Source of the DNA: Podarcis tiliguerta
Taxonomy: Eukaryota
Assembly: GCA_965153285.1 (NCBI GenBank)
Contig: OZ229117.1
Direction: 5' to 3' (one strand)
Length of the DNA stretch: 64,000 nt
In this document: one piece after another, positions 1-13,036 of the stretch
Numbering within the stretch: the first letter of the stretch is position 1
How the letters are laid out: each line of letters opens with the position of its first letter
The notes under the pieces: model-generated
Seen by the model: only the letters and a program-made list of their open reading frames with translations
Told to the model about the DNA's origin: nothing
The model's database searches: none
Made by a program: the position numbers and the translations under genes

Positions 1-3000
1 GAAAAAAACAACCAAATAACTAAATTACTGTACCAGGCTAAGGGGTGGAACTGGAGGGGCCAGGGGAGAGAGACCAAGAAATAAAAGTGAATAGTGTGTT
101 GAATGACACAGCGTTAACGTCATCTTTTCACCCCATTCCTCTTCCTCCATATTATTATTATTATTCTTTTTTAATAAGAGGCAGGCATTTTTACAGCCAG
201 ATCCATGCTGAGCTTTTGACAACATTTATATGACACGCATTGGCCAACGAGATTAATCACAGATCTGGAGCTTTAAAGATCCCCGTGAGGATAGGATTCG
301 GTGCCTGCTTTCAATATGAAGATAGTTTTCCGAATGGCAACTTGGAGTGCAGCATGTTCTTGCAAATCTTCCACTTATAACATGCCTGCTTAATAAGAAA
401 ACACACTTGCCTTTGACAGTGAAAAATTGGACCCATCACTGTGTTAGCAGACGCGGTTTGTATCATTTCCCCCACCTCCTTTACTGGTTCCACCTAGACC
501 TCAGAGAGCCCCGACATCCCGCAAAAAGCAATGACGCTATTACAACCTGACAAGGGCATATGGAGCCGCATTCCAAACACGTGTCACCCAACTCTCTCTA
601 ACTCTCTCTCCTCTCTCTCTCATAATTTCAGCTTTAACAACGAGTCCAGCTGTAGAAAGTAATTAAAAAAGAAAGGTGAAGGTGACATGATGGGACTCAC
701 TCAACGAGTGCAACAACTACAAGCAAAAGTTGGGGGGGGGGTCTATAGAGAAGTTGGGAACCTCCATTAGCGGTAAAGAGAAGTTGCAAGCAAACCCAAC
801 CTGCTGATCTCCACAACAGATACAGATTGCTCAAAGAATTATGCCTTTACCCCTGAGGGCTCTGGGAACAGTGACTGACATGGAGAAGTGAACTTTAACA
901 GCTTAGAGTTTTGTCTAAATATACATAAGCAGTATCTTAATTGTCCTGGGCCTCTGTGGAAAGCCATGAGTGTTCAACTGGTATAGAACCCATAATAGTG
1001 TAGACATGTCCTTGGAGTCTTTCTGAAGAGTCTGTTTCTCGCACAAGATACCATGCACTGGCTGTGGAGAAATCTAGGTGTCTTCCCCTCAAGGATGCAT
1101 TCCTTGATCTCATCCAAGAAACGTGAAACCCTGTAGAGTTGCTGCCAGTCAGTATATTGAGCCAGATGGACCGATGGTCTGTCTTGATATGGCAGCTTGC
1201 TATGATGTATAGTTACCCCTGAACATTGTGGGAAATCTAAATGTTGGCCACCCAGCAATGCTTAGAGCCACAGGCTGAGGGAGGGGAAATTAAATGACAG
1301 CCTATGGGAAGGGTTGATGGTGGCCCTCTAGCAGCTGCCCCAAAATGGTGGGTGCTAACACCTCCCATCTCCAAGGGTCTTTACTTCTCCAACGCAAGCC
1401 TGCATTATTTTTTTTCAGATCCCATCGCATCACAGGCGAACAAGCATTGATCTCGCAGCGCATCAAAGAGCTGCCGTTAAAGCCACGGCATTAGAACAGG
1501 ATTCTATCGATCCTGCTTTGAGGTTCTTGATATTGATAGAAATAATGTTTTGACTCAGACATGGTTGGCGTCACCAGAGAAAGAGAGGGAGAGAAGGGGT
1601 AGCTAATGCCCGCGTCTTCTGGGTATCAATTACAGCGTTTTCATCAAATACTTTATTACAGAGACTGGCAAACAAGGAGAGAACATCTAGTGTCATATGC
1701 CATGTCTCAAACCCCTCTGTGGCAGAGATAACAATGGATCCATTCTGTAAGCTGACATATTTTTTGTTTTCTAATGTATTCCACCCTTTTGTGTCTGCGT
1801 ATGCTTAAATAACAGGCACAGATGTACCGTTTTCCAAAGGTCTTTGACTTGCCATGAGGCTACTGTCCCTACCAGTGAAATAAATTGATTACTAGCGACA
1901 ATGTTAACTATTATACAAAGAGCACAGCTCGGGGGGCCCTTTGTTTCATTTTAAAGCAAGGGGGGAGAGGAAAAGCGATTATTTGTTCCTTATGACAGTT
2001 TGCAAGATTTGCCTGGTAGCGGAAGAAAAGATTTTTTAAAAAGGAAAATTGGGGGGGGGGGGGAGAGAGATTGCTGATGAATATGGAAGGGGATGGCACC
2101 AGGCCTCCCAGACAGATCTTCAAACTGGCCCTCCATTATGATTTATTCAAGAGATAAACACAAGAGGTATTGAAATGGCATGGGGCATGATCGCTAAAAG
2201 GAGAACATCCGTAATGAAAAAGTAGGCAGCACTTGGTACTTAGAGGTAGACAGCCATTTGGGATCTGCTTTAGGGTCAGTCTGCACAAATAGCAGCAGAT
2301 CACATGAGAAACTTGTTCCAGGACTGAACCATACCCGGGTGCAGTAATGGAACAGATGAGACTAGTAGGTTGTGTCTTAATCTAGGCAAAATGGAGATAC
2401 AGTTAGCTAGGGGTTTGTCTGCTCAGCTGAGGGATGTCCAGCTTGTTTTGGAAGGGGCTGCACTCCCCCTTAGAACAGGGATGAAGAACTTGTTGTGACC
2501 CTCCAGAAGTTGTTGGACTACAACTCCCATCAGCCACAAGAAGCATGTCCATTGCTGAGGGGTAATGGGAGCTGCCATCCAACAATATCTGGAAGGCCAC
2601 AGGTTCTCCATCATTGCCACAGAGCCAGTACAGTTTGGCCCATGAGGCCATTTTTCCCAAACACACCCGCCTACTTATCAGCTGACATCACTGGGGACAT
2701 CAGATGATGGGCAGGAGGGCAGGATTTAACGCTGCATTGGCTGCACATCCTGTTTCCAGGAGGCAACAGGATTGCACAACAAATGGAGCAGGATTTAATC
2801 CACACTCATCAGCTGATGGGCAGGGGCTAAAGCCCTTTGCAAAAGTTCCCTTTGAAGAAGCTCTACACTTCCCCTTTGAGGTGAGCAAGCCAACAAGAGG
2901 ACTGAGCAGCCTCTACACACACCCTCCTCAGCCACACACCAGACTTCACACCCTCCTTGAGTGCTTTTAGCTGACAGGACTGTGTCCTTGAATTTTGATA

Positions 3001-6000
3001 ATGCCTCTTGCTTGTCTGGAAGAAGGACACAAAGGGGAGGTGTGAGTATGTATAGAACCTAGCCTACATTATGGCAGACTTCACATTCATTGCTCTTCCA
3101 GGATAACCAGCCTCATATAATCAATATACTAAAGACTAATTAATGTGTGAAGGGGTTAACACCATAGAGTAAGCTGTCCTGCCAAGCTTAGCTAAGTCCA
3201 CTTCCCCTCATCTTGGGAGGAACTAGGTAATAAAGTATTTGTTCCCTCCCTCAGCCCACCTGAGAAGTTCAGCATGCAAAGAGGTTTGAGCTGGTTGCTC
3301 CAGCTCAGACCACATGGCGCTTACAAACCTCTCTTGAGTTCCTATGCTTTCAACCACTTTGGAACTTTCATCACTTTGGAACTAAACTAAGTTTTACTGC
3401 ATGTGCAACATTTCTGACTGTATAGAATCACACATGAATCTGACCTTTGGAGAGTTTGCAAGTAAACCATTTTTAACTTGCTAAATGTATGGTCTTTTCC
3501 TATGGAAAAGGAGACTATTTTGGAGAAATGAGGATTTCCTAACAACTCTCAGCACTCTTAACAAGCTACAGCTCCCAGGATTCTTTGGGGGAAGACATGA
3601 CTATTTAAAGTGGCATCATAGGCCTTTAAACATATAGTGTGACTGAGCCCTTGTTTACAAAGGGACATCAGTGAGTTATGTAGGCAGTTTCTTTTAATCC
3701 TCCTTGCTGCATTTGTTTTAGCTCTGACCCTAGCAAGATAGGGCAGAAATTGTCGATATGGTGCCCTCGAGATGATCTTAGATTACAACTTCCAGTGGCC
3801 AGGGATGTTGGCAGCAGTAATCCATCAATATCTGGAGGGCAGCACGTTGGCTATCTCTAGAGCATGTTGATGGTCCAGGTCCTCAGAATATCAGTTGGCC
3901 ATCACGACTCACTAACTCAAGTATTCGTACCTATGCAAAAGCTTAGGGAGCTGGTTGTTCTTCACTTTACCTGGCAGCTGAGCATTGCTTTAACAACAGG
4001 TATGTGTTATATGCTAAATGAGGCATGGAACAATTGCCTTAGGTCGGTGTTAATATCCACAAGCACAGATGTGGAGCTCAATAAACATGACAAGCTGTAC
4101 AAAAGTGGGGGGGGGGGGAGATTTCATAAGCAGGCAAGATTGAAATACAGTAACTGTATTTCTCCTCCTCCCCTCTGCTCTGCTCCCCACTTGTAAGTAG
4201 CAAAATAAACTGACTGCAAAAGTGGGGCAAGCAAATCTAGAGCAAAGCGAGTGTTTCTGCAAAGGAAGGTTCTGAAGACATTCGTGGAGTGCACAGCCTG
4301 AATTGTGCAGTGAAACAAATCTCCTGCTAAAACCTTAGTGGGGTTGCCCTGTGACCTTGCTTGACTCTGTTTCCCTGTCCCTCTTCCATGGCTGCTAGCC
4401 ATGATGGCTATGCTCTGCCTCCACGGTTGAAGGCAGCAACACCAGTTGCTGGAAGCCACAGGAGGGGAGAATGCTAGAGTCCTGTCTGTGGGTTTCCACA
4501 GGCACCTGGTTGGCCACTGTGAGAGCAGGATGACGGACTAGATGGGCCACTGGCCTGATCCAGCAGGGTTCCTCTTGTGTTCCAAAGGATTTATTTGTGG
4601 GGTGGGTGAGACATGACATGGGGTAGGTGTGATCTGCATTATGCTTGCTATGTAGGCAGGGTTGTCTGGAAGCCCTGACTTCATCAATCTGCATTATCCC
4701 CACTCTGTATTGTTGCCCCTGCATATGCCCTTCACACCTCCAAGGGCTAGGATCATGCCTTATCAATCAATACTTGGAATCAAGTCAAGTGGGGGCAGGA
4801 AGGCAGGCAGGTCTGAGGCTGGTATGGGTGGGCAAATGTGTTCTCTCCATTTCTCCTCTTTCCACTCTTTACCTTTCACCAGTTCTTCATATTTCCACAT
4901 CAGTTTTATTTTAAGTCTTCATGAAAATTCACCAACATTTTAATGCAGATCTCTCCCAACAAACACTTTTTTTAATGCAATGCTGTCCAATATGCTTGTA
5001 TTTTGCAAAACCCATTTTCCTAATATTATGCATATTATATACTGTTTTCACTAAGGCAGGCATTTTCATGCCACTTCTCCCTAGTTTCTGCACTTCTGTG
5101 CACATTATTTGTCCTGAGAACTACATTGCAGAATTCAGAGAACTGTGAATTTTGAATGACAGCTGTGTTTTGGTTTGTGCATTGTTTCTGTAAGGGTATG
5201 ATATAATTTGTCAAATACCTACCTTAGGCTAACATGGTGCACTCCAGATGGCATTGGACTCCAACTTCCATCAGCCACAACCATCATGAACAATGATCAG
5301 GGATGATAGGATTTGTGGTCCAACAACATCTGGAGGGCATAACATCAGCTGTCCCTGAGCCGTCTGTAGCCATTTTGGGGTGGGGAATAACATCTCCCAA
5401 CAGCTTCTTTGACTGGAGAGAAGAGGAGGGAGGGAACAGTTCTCTGTGGCTTGCTGTGATGCACATGCCATTGGTAGGCAGGGTTGAATGGGAAAGGGCT
5501 CAGTGGGTGAGTTGGAAGGGAGCACAGTGAAGCAAAATATCAGTGGAAGGGCATTTCCCCACAGCTTTGATGAAAATCTGAGCCAGGGAAGAAATGGGTG
5601 ACAAGGGGATCATTAATACCTGCTTAATACTGTAGTTAGGACAAGTATTACAAGCCCTACAAGACTCAGTGTTTCTGAGCCCAGAAGTATAACTGTGGGG
5701 ACATCACTACATAATTTCAGATGAGGCTTTCCTGTTTCTTCCCAGAAGTCATTGCAGCTGCATAAACCAAGCCAGTGAATGTTGTGTCTAGGGGGATCTG
5801 AAACTATGTTTACCAGCAGGCCAACAATCAGCCATGACTCTCAGGAACAAGGGTTAAGGGTTGGCATGGTTACAAATGGGCCAAGGCCCATGCTCAGCAA
5901 GAGGCCCACTGCCAGGGCCACCTGGACCTACTGAAATGAGGAGGTAGGCTCACTGAGGTAGGGGGGGACCATGGAAGGTGCTTTGCTAAGGGGCCTTCCA

Positions 6001-9000
6001 AGATCTGGAGGAAAGTTCCAAGTGCCAGATGGAGAGGCCTTTGGGTTTGAGCCCTAATATTCCCTTACTCTGGGCTCTATACGTTTATGCTTGAGGTTTT
6101 TTTTCTCCACGTTCTGTCCATCAGCTTCACATGGTGACATACTTTGTGCTTTTACAGCTCAGGCTACAACTCAGGGCCAGTTTAACCAGGGCTACTGCAA
6201 TGACAGGAAGAGCAAGCATGAAAATAAACCATATTTAACGGCAAGGATTGATACAAAACCATAAAACTTCCCCATTCCCAACCACTGGGCCTAAAAGCTT
6301 CCAAGAGAAAGTAAATGAAAATTCATGATACTGTATTGTGCCCAAGAGCCAGCTTAACTACCGGCGCTACACAATTATTTATAGCTGGAAACTATCAAAG
6401 GGAATTGCTCGCCAGCCTCCTTGCTCCACGCGGTAATTGATGTGAAGAGAGGCATCGCATCCCCCGCTGACCCTGGCGTAGTGAAAGTCAGATGGATTAC
6501 ATCAAACCCAATTATGATTGATATGATCAAAATCCATGATGCACGACATGCCATAACAGGTTTCCTAAGTGTACCTATTGATTGATTCGGCAAAGACAGG
6601 AAGAGAGGGCTGGGAGGAGCATGCGGATGCTCTCCAGCGTATCACAGTGGAGTGGCCTATGGAAAAGGGAGGAAGAACAACCCTCTGACAGCTTCTCAGA
6701 GTAAATATTATATATGCACATATGTTTTGATGTGTGTTCCTTTCTCAAAGAGTTGCCTCCCCGATGCTTCTAGTTCAGAGGTTGCTCACAAAAGGTCTCA
6801 GTAAAGAACCCATCAAAAGTTTGTTAAAATCAGCCACATCCACCTATGTACCTACCAGCACTCTGACCTATGACACATGCGAACGGTCTCAGGAAATAAC
6901 CCCTGAAAAAATAAACAATGTGCAAGAGGCTGCTTGCTCTTCCTGCTCAGTTCCAGTTTGCACTGGTTCCACCTCTCCTACATAAACATGCCAACTTAAA
7001 CATGCCCACAGGATGCCGTGATTGGACACCCACCCTCACATCCCATTCTGAGCAGTGGAGAGGTGCAAACATCTCCGTGAGTGTGGCAGGGGCTGATGTA
7101 CATAGGTGCCTTCCCCACCCCCAGCCCACTGATGGGACCGCTGATGGCAGGAATGCCTGTACCATGTTGTGCTCCTGTCTGCTTTTCTGCTCCAGACAGC
7201 AACAGATGATGGGAGTTGCAATCCAGGAATATCTGGCATTCCAACAGGGAAGGTAGCGGTTGATATTCTTTCTGTGGCAAGGCAAGAACAGGAAGTCTGT
7301 GTACTAAATCCTTTCCTAGGAGGTTGCTGTGGAAAGCCAGAGGTTTTATGGACAGGGAACTTCACTAGTCATGGAACCACCAGAACATCAACATTATAAG
7401 ACCTGAATAAGTTTAAAAGTTACTGGATCACATTACTGCTTACTGAGCAATTGGGTAGAATACTGCCTGCTCACTTTTCTTCCTTTCAACCCAAGTAAAA
7501 AGGCTAGATGAGTGTTTGCCAACCTGGTGTCCTCCAGTCTTGGACTACATCTCCCATCAGCCTCAGCCAGCGGCTGGAGCTATCCTGGCAAGTTCACAGA
7601 TGTGGAAAAGTCATCCCAGGTTCTCTGGCCCCAGGATTCCCCAGTGTTGGATTTCAGTAACTTCAGCTTCCCTGTGGCAAAGATGCACTCGACAAGCACA
7701 AGGGCCAGTGACCGACCCAAGTGTCGTAACACTGATGAAAAACGGTCTTTGAAATTCATAAATTCAAGGCAAACCTGTTTTACCGGGGCTGATAGTGCTG
7801 TATTAGTTGTGGGAAGTTAATGAGGTCCTGTGTTTGAGTACAACCAGATTAAAATGAAAAACGAACCACATTACATTCTGTTTCAACAATTATTATCAGT
7901 TGGCTGTAATATAAATATGCAAATTTACCCAGCTTGAACTTTCACATTCTCTGTAGAGACCATTCATCTCTTTAAAGTATTAATTTAAGTTGTAAAAGGA
8001 TCCATACATCACCGCCGTGTCATTTTGAAAACAAATATTAATCAATTTTGGGAGGCTCGGGGTTGCCGCGGCGCAAGCGTGGCGTCCACTTACGTCGAAA
8101 GCAAGGCAGTGGCAAGGGGAAGGGAATTTACATATTCATCCTTGACTTAAGGAAATCGTATGATAAATACAAGCACGAACACAGGAAACTCAGCAGACTT
8201 AAGACCTTATCGTCATCTAGGCTACGACGAAAAGGACTGTGTTTGCATCCTCAATGCAACAGTATGCAGATTAGGAGTAAACGCCTTATTCCTATCTGTA
8301 TAACCTTGAAAACCAGGGACAGCTGATGTGCAGGTATAGGTTCCTCTTACTCACTCAAAAAAGGAAAAATGGAAAACATTGCAGAAAAAAATTTGTAGAG
8401 AAGGGTGGTTTTTTTAAGAAGTTCCCTGAAAACACTAAAAGGATATGATCATAATTCCAGTGTATAAGAGTTAGCTTTTTCATTATGAGGTTGCTTGGGG
8501 AGACGTTTCTGACTAGGTAACCAACAATATAGAGCCCCTTCTCTTCCCCCAAAAGTTATTTCCAAATGATAAGTGTTCTATCCAGCTGCGTGGCCTTCCA
8601 AGGTTTAGGCCAGGACTGGAGAACCTGCAGCTCTCTAGAGATACTGTTGGCTGTTGGGCCATGCCAGCTGAGGCTGATGGGAGTTGGAGTCCAACAACAC
8701 CAGGAGGGGCACAGGTTCTTCACCCCTGCTTTGGACCTTTTCTTCCTCTTCCCCTTCTTACCTAAAGGACTGTTTTCTCTGCATGAACTTGCTGGCGTGT
8801 TGATCTCATCTGCAGGCATCTGTCTGCAAGCCTGGCATTGGCACTCAGCATCTTGGGGCAGCTGCCAGGGCACCTGTGTCCATCACCACTGACAGGCTAT
8901 TTTCAGACTATTTTCTCTGGGACGGTTGCATCTCAGAGCAGAGGTGGAGTTAGCTGCTCCAGCACCTGGAATGGCACACATGCTGTGCACCTGGGGTGGG

Positions 9001-9799
9001 GCAAGCATGGGGGCGCCGCCACCCGCAGCAATCATCCCAGGATGGCAGCGCGGCAATGTCACCCCTTCAAGGATGACACCCGGGGCAACCCCCTTTCTCT
9101 GCCAATGTCTCAGAGCCACCATTCTAATTTTGCACAAAAGTTCCTTCAAAGTATGGAGCACTGTGCATTTTAGATACGGATCATAAAAACACGGGCTGTA
9201 TGTTATGAAACGTATTCTCTGAAGTTTAGGGCATGAAACAGAAGCGCAGGAAGCTGACTTAGGCTGAGTCAAACCATTGGTCCACTTACCTTAGAAACTG
9301 TCTACACCGACTAGTAGTGTCACGTTTTGGTATGATTGTGGAAAGAGGCAGGGCTGGAGACCCTGCAGATGAACCATGGACAGCTCCAAGTGAGCAACTT
9401 GCTACAACCAAGTTGGGATCAGACTGAGGCCTTTTCTCCTGCAGGCTCCACCACTTGAGAGAACCTTGGAGCCTTAAAGGGCCAACCCTCTGGCCTGAAG
9501 AAGATCGCTCCTCCTTCATTTCATAGCCTCCCTTGCTGGTGTACTCCCGCTGCTGCCAGACTGGTGATGTGCGGTGGGAGGCAGCTGGTTCTTTCAGCTC
9601 AGGGGGAGGTTCCTGTGAGGCTTCATGCTCTGGCCCTGTAGGCCCTGGTGGTCTGGGATGTTCCTCTGGGAGTTCTTAGACAACCACCTCAGCCACAAGG
9701 GTCTCCCTATCTTCTGCAGTCAGCTCTGAGTCCTCACAGTCAGCTCTGGATCACAAGAAGCAGCTCTCCAGAGTTTCAGACAGAGCACCCCCTCCCCCC

Positions 9800-9975
9800 A
9801 GCCCCAGCTGGAGATGCTGGGGATTTACCCTGGAACCTTCTTCATGCAAAGCAGATGTTCTGCCCATGAGCTTTGGCCCTTGCCTAGGAAATCACAGCAA
9901 GGTACCTTACACGGAGTCAGACCACTGGTCCATCTAGTTCAGCATTGACTGGGAGCAGCTCTCTGGGGTTTCAAA
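9800..9975 (-). mobile_element. Squam3-type SINE fragments. Further fragments at ~1125-1205, 9250-9320, 10655-10745, 27704-27756, 28240-28275, 29935-30010, 63815-63880
   Basis: Shared motifs gaaccttcttcatgcaaagcagatgttct and cagaccactggtccatctagttcagcattg. Confidence 0.65.
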
Positions 9976-10874
9976 TGGGGCATGTCCCCAGCCCCACCTG
10001 GAAACTGGCTGTGATTGGGGAGACGGGCACGGAAAGTGCTTTGCCAGCATGCGTGGACACTCTTTGCATCTCTTCTTCCCAGAAGCAGAGTTTCTTTCAT
10101 TTTGTACCACAACTGAACCCGAAGTATGAAACTGCCCCCCTCTTTCCCCCACCCTCCCCTCTCATCAATTTTAAATTGTTTGCACGTAAAGCCAGGATAA
10201 GGCCCTAAATCTGCTTCAGTATTGGCACTAAAAAGTGAATGCAAAGCCAACTAACTAGACGTGGAAAATGAAAGTTTGACTGGTGATTATGTTCCTCGTA
10301 AGGTGAACTCTCTTCTTGTCTCTTCTTTGATTAGCACACAGCCATGCCAAGCATCGCCACCAAGTTTTTATTGCACTTTAAATCTTCATTTGGAGATGCA
10401 AAGGGGCTCTGAATGAAGATTTAGGACTCCATAAAACTGCCTGGCAGTCTCTGGCTATCTTTGCTGCAAAAAAAAGGGGGGGGCTGAAAAAAGCATATTA
10501 TTCTATGCCGCTTGAAAGCATCTACCAGCCTGAGTGTTAAATTTTGGGTCCAGAATCTACTGGTTCTAGCCATGTATGCAAGTGTGCTTGGTGTAACTCA
10601 ATGGTAGAGATTCAATCCTGAATCGCATCTCCAGGTAGACTTTGGAGAGACCCTTGCCTTAAGCCCTAGAGAGCTCTTGCCTGTCAGTGCAGACAATACA
10701 AATCTAGATGAACCAGTGATCTGACTCAGTATAAAGCAGGTGCCAGCATTCTGAATGAAAATCTCAAACACACCACACACACTGTAGCTCCTATACTTTT
10801 ATCAATGCTATTGGGGCAAGCAAGTTTGGACAATGTGGTCTCATTTACCTAGGGAAACTCAGCCAGATGGGTGG

Positions 10875-10876
<2 letters not shown>

Positions 10877-10921
<45 letters not shown>
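10877..10921. repeat. (TAA)15 microsatellite
   Basis: Direct read. Confidence 0.98.
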
Positions 10922-10923
<2 letters not shown>

Positions 10924-12636
10924 TTTAGTCTGCACATGGACTAGTGAAAGGAGTCTGATTGTAACCATACTGAACAATTCCTTCTCAGGATGTTTGCTGT
11001 TGCTTCTTTCAAGGCTTGGGGGTAAAGAAGTGTCCATACCCCCCCCCCAAAAAAAAAAATGTTATCAGAATCACTGTCCTCCATACTGGGGAGAATGTCA
11101 GGGCCAAATAGATAGGGTCTTTGGCCTCTGAGTCTGAGATCGCCCACCATGGTGGAGGGGGAAAGTTGCATGTACCCATTCCCTCAGTGACACTCAGATC
11201 AGATCAGCTGCCAGGCAAGCTCAGGAAGCTGCCCCTAGGACCCATGTTCAATGAACTTCAGCCCCCAAGCCACCTCTACTCCAAAGCTCCTCACTTCCCA
11301 CCTCTACATACCCAGTCCCTGCTGGCAATCTCCTCCCATGAATATGGGGATCCAGTCACAAAGTATGTCTTTATTGTGGGTTTCCCTTCAGACCGTAACC
11401 TTAATTTAATAGGGGTGTTTTTTAATGCATCATCTGTCTGTAAAAGTTCCCTCACCCCCTTCAAACAGTTCCCTGAAAAGAGGATTCTGTGCAGACCAAT
11501 ATAATTTTTATATATTTTTAAAGCTCTCTCCATTCAGGGCTGTCTCCTGATATACTCCTTTTGGCTACAGTGGCACATTATACAGCATCCTTTAAAAAAT
11601 AAAGATTATAAATGGCAAAGGTGTCTCGGGGTAAAGCTGCTAACAACATGGCATGTGGACTCCATTGTATGCAGGCTCCAGCTGTTTTCACATGGGATGA
11701 ATTGTGACTGGGGAGGAATGTCATAATCTGGTTTTTACGGTAAGTGATGCTGCAGTAGGCCTGGGGATGGTTTGTGTGAGCGGGAAATCACAGCGTTCCT
11801 TTGACACTGAGAAACCTGGGCTTGGCTGGGCCATGGGAAGCAGACTGAAGCGTGGCAGGAACTAAGGAAAGAAGGGCCTTGGTGGATCAGGAGAAGACCC
11901 CATCTAGCTCAGCACTTTGTTCTCACTGTAGCCAAACAAATGCCCATTGGAAGCCCACAAGCAGGACCCAAGTACAACAGCACTCTCCCCACTTGTGATG
12001 CCTAGCAAGTGGCTTTCAAATGCCTCTTACAATGTAGGCAGTATGCTGCCACCATGGCTGGTAGCCATTGATAGCCTTCTCCTCCATGGGTTTGCTCAAT
12101 CCTCTTTTAAAGCCATTGAAACTGATGGCTATCACTACCTCCTGCCGAAAGAGGTTCCATAGTTTAAGCTATGTGTTGTGGAACAAGCCAGAAATGTAGG
12201 TGTCACTTCCAGCTTTTCTCTATTTCTTTCTTTCTTTCTTTGATTTCTTTTAAACGCAGATCTAACAGAAAGAAAGAACAGCAGCTGGTGTGAAGAATAA
12301 GAGTAACCCATCAACCCTAACATTAAACATCTATATTGATATATAAGCAGTCCATACGTCCAAATGGACATCCAAACAAGACTGACAACTGCAAGACACA
12401 GGTTCATACATAGACAGGGCAGTGCTCAGAGACAATGTTGTTAACCCTAACTGGCCACGGTTCTCCTGGATCCAGCCTTGACCTTTGGCTCCTGCATTAA
12501 CAAGGAACAAGCAGATAGGCAACAGGAATGAGGCTTAACTTCCAAGCTTCAAAATGCTTCTACTTGGCCACTTCCCCACCCCACAAACCTCAGCCAGGAT
12601 CTGAGATTCTGGGAAGCCCAAGAGGTGGAGAACAGC

Positions 12637-13036
12637 TAGGGATGAGCATATCTGTCCCCTTTGGCTCCCCCCGTTTCCATTCTTTCAAATTTTAGTTCAG
12701 TTCTCCACATTTCCACATTGTGCGAATTTCTCCCAAGACTCATATTTTTGTACGCAACTTTGGTAACACGTATATTTTTTTGCAACGCAATCCCTCCTAA
12801 CAGAATGCAATTTGTTTGCATGTTGTTTTCACACATAGGTGCATTTCTGTGCACACTTTACCATAGGATACATATATTTGTCCACGTTATCTATCTGGAG
12901 AACAGCATTACAAATTTCAGAAGTGTGTGAATTTCAAGGGATGGCTGCATTTCAGTTTACCTAATTCACATTTTCTGAAACAATAAGCAATTTTACCTTT
13001 AAGTGAGGACAGAATCGATTTTCTCTCCCATCCCTA
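12637..13036. mobile_element. Old ~400-bp non-autonomous DNA transposon. Related degenerate copies at ~4825-5200 and 31715-32035
   Basis: TAGGGATG...CATCCCTA termini; shared ...gagaac..cattgcaaaattcaga.aagtgtgaattt motif among copies. Confidence 0.55.

Noticed and set aside
7732-7754. CTGATGA...GAAA hammerhead-like spacing (also 59534-59554)
   Set aside because: No stable stem II, I or III could be formed around the boxes.
9367-9387. REST/RE1-like site (ACCATGGACAGCTCC)
   Set aside because: Right half matches but the left half (TTCAGC) does not.
10849-11037. Poly-Tyr ORF
   Set aside because: Translation of the (TAA)15 microsatellite.
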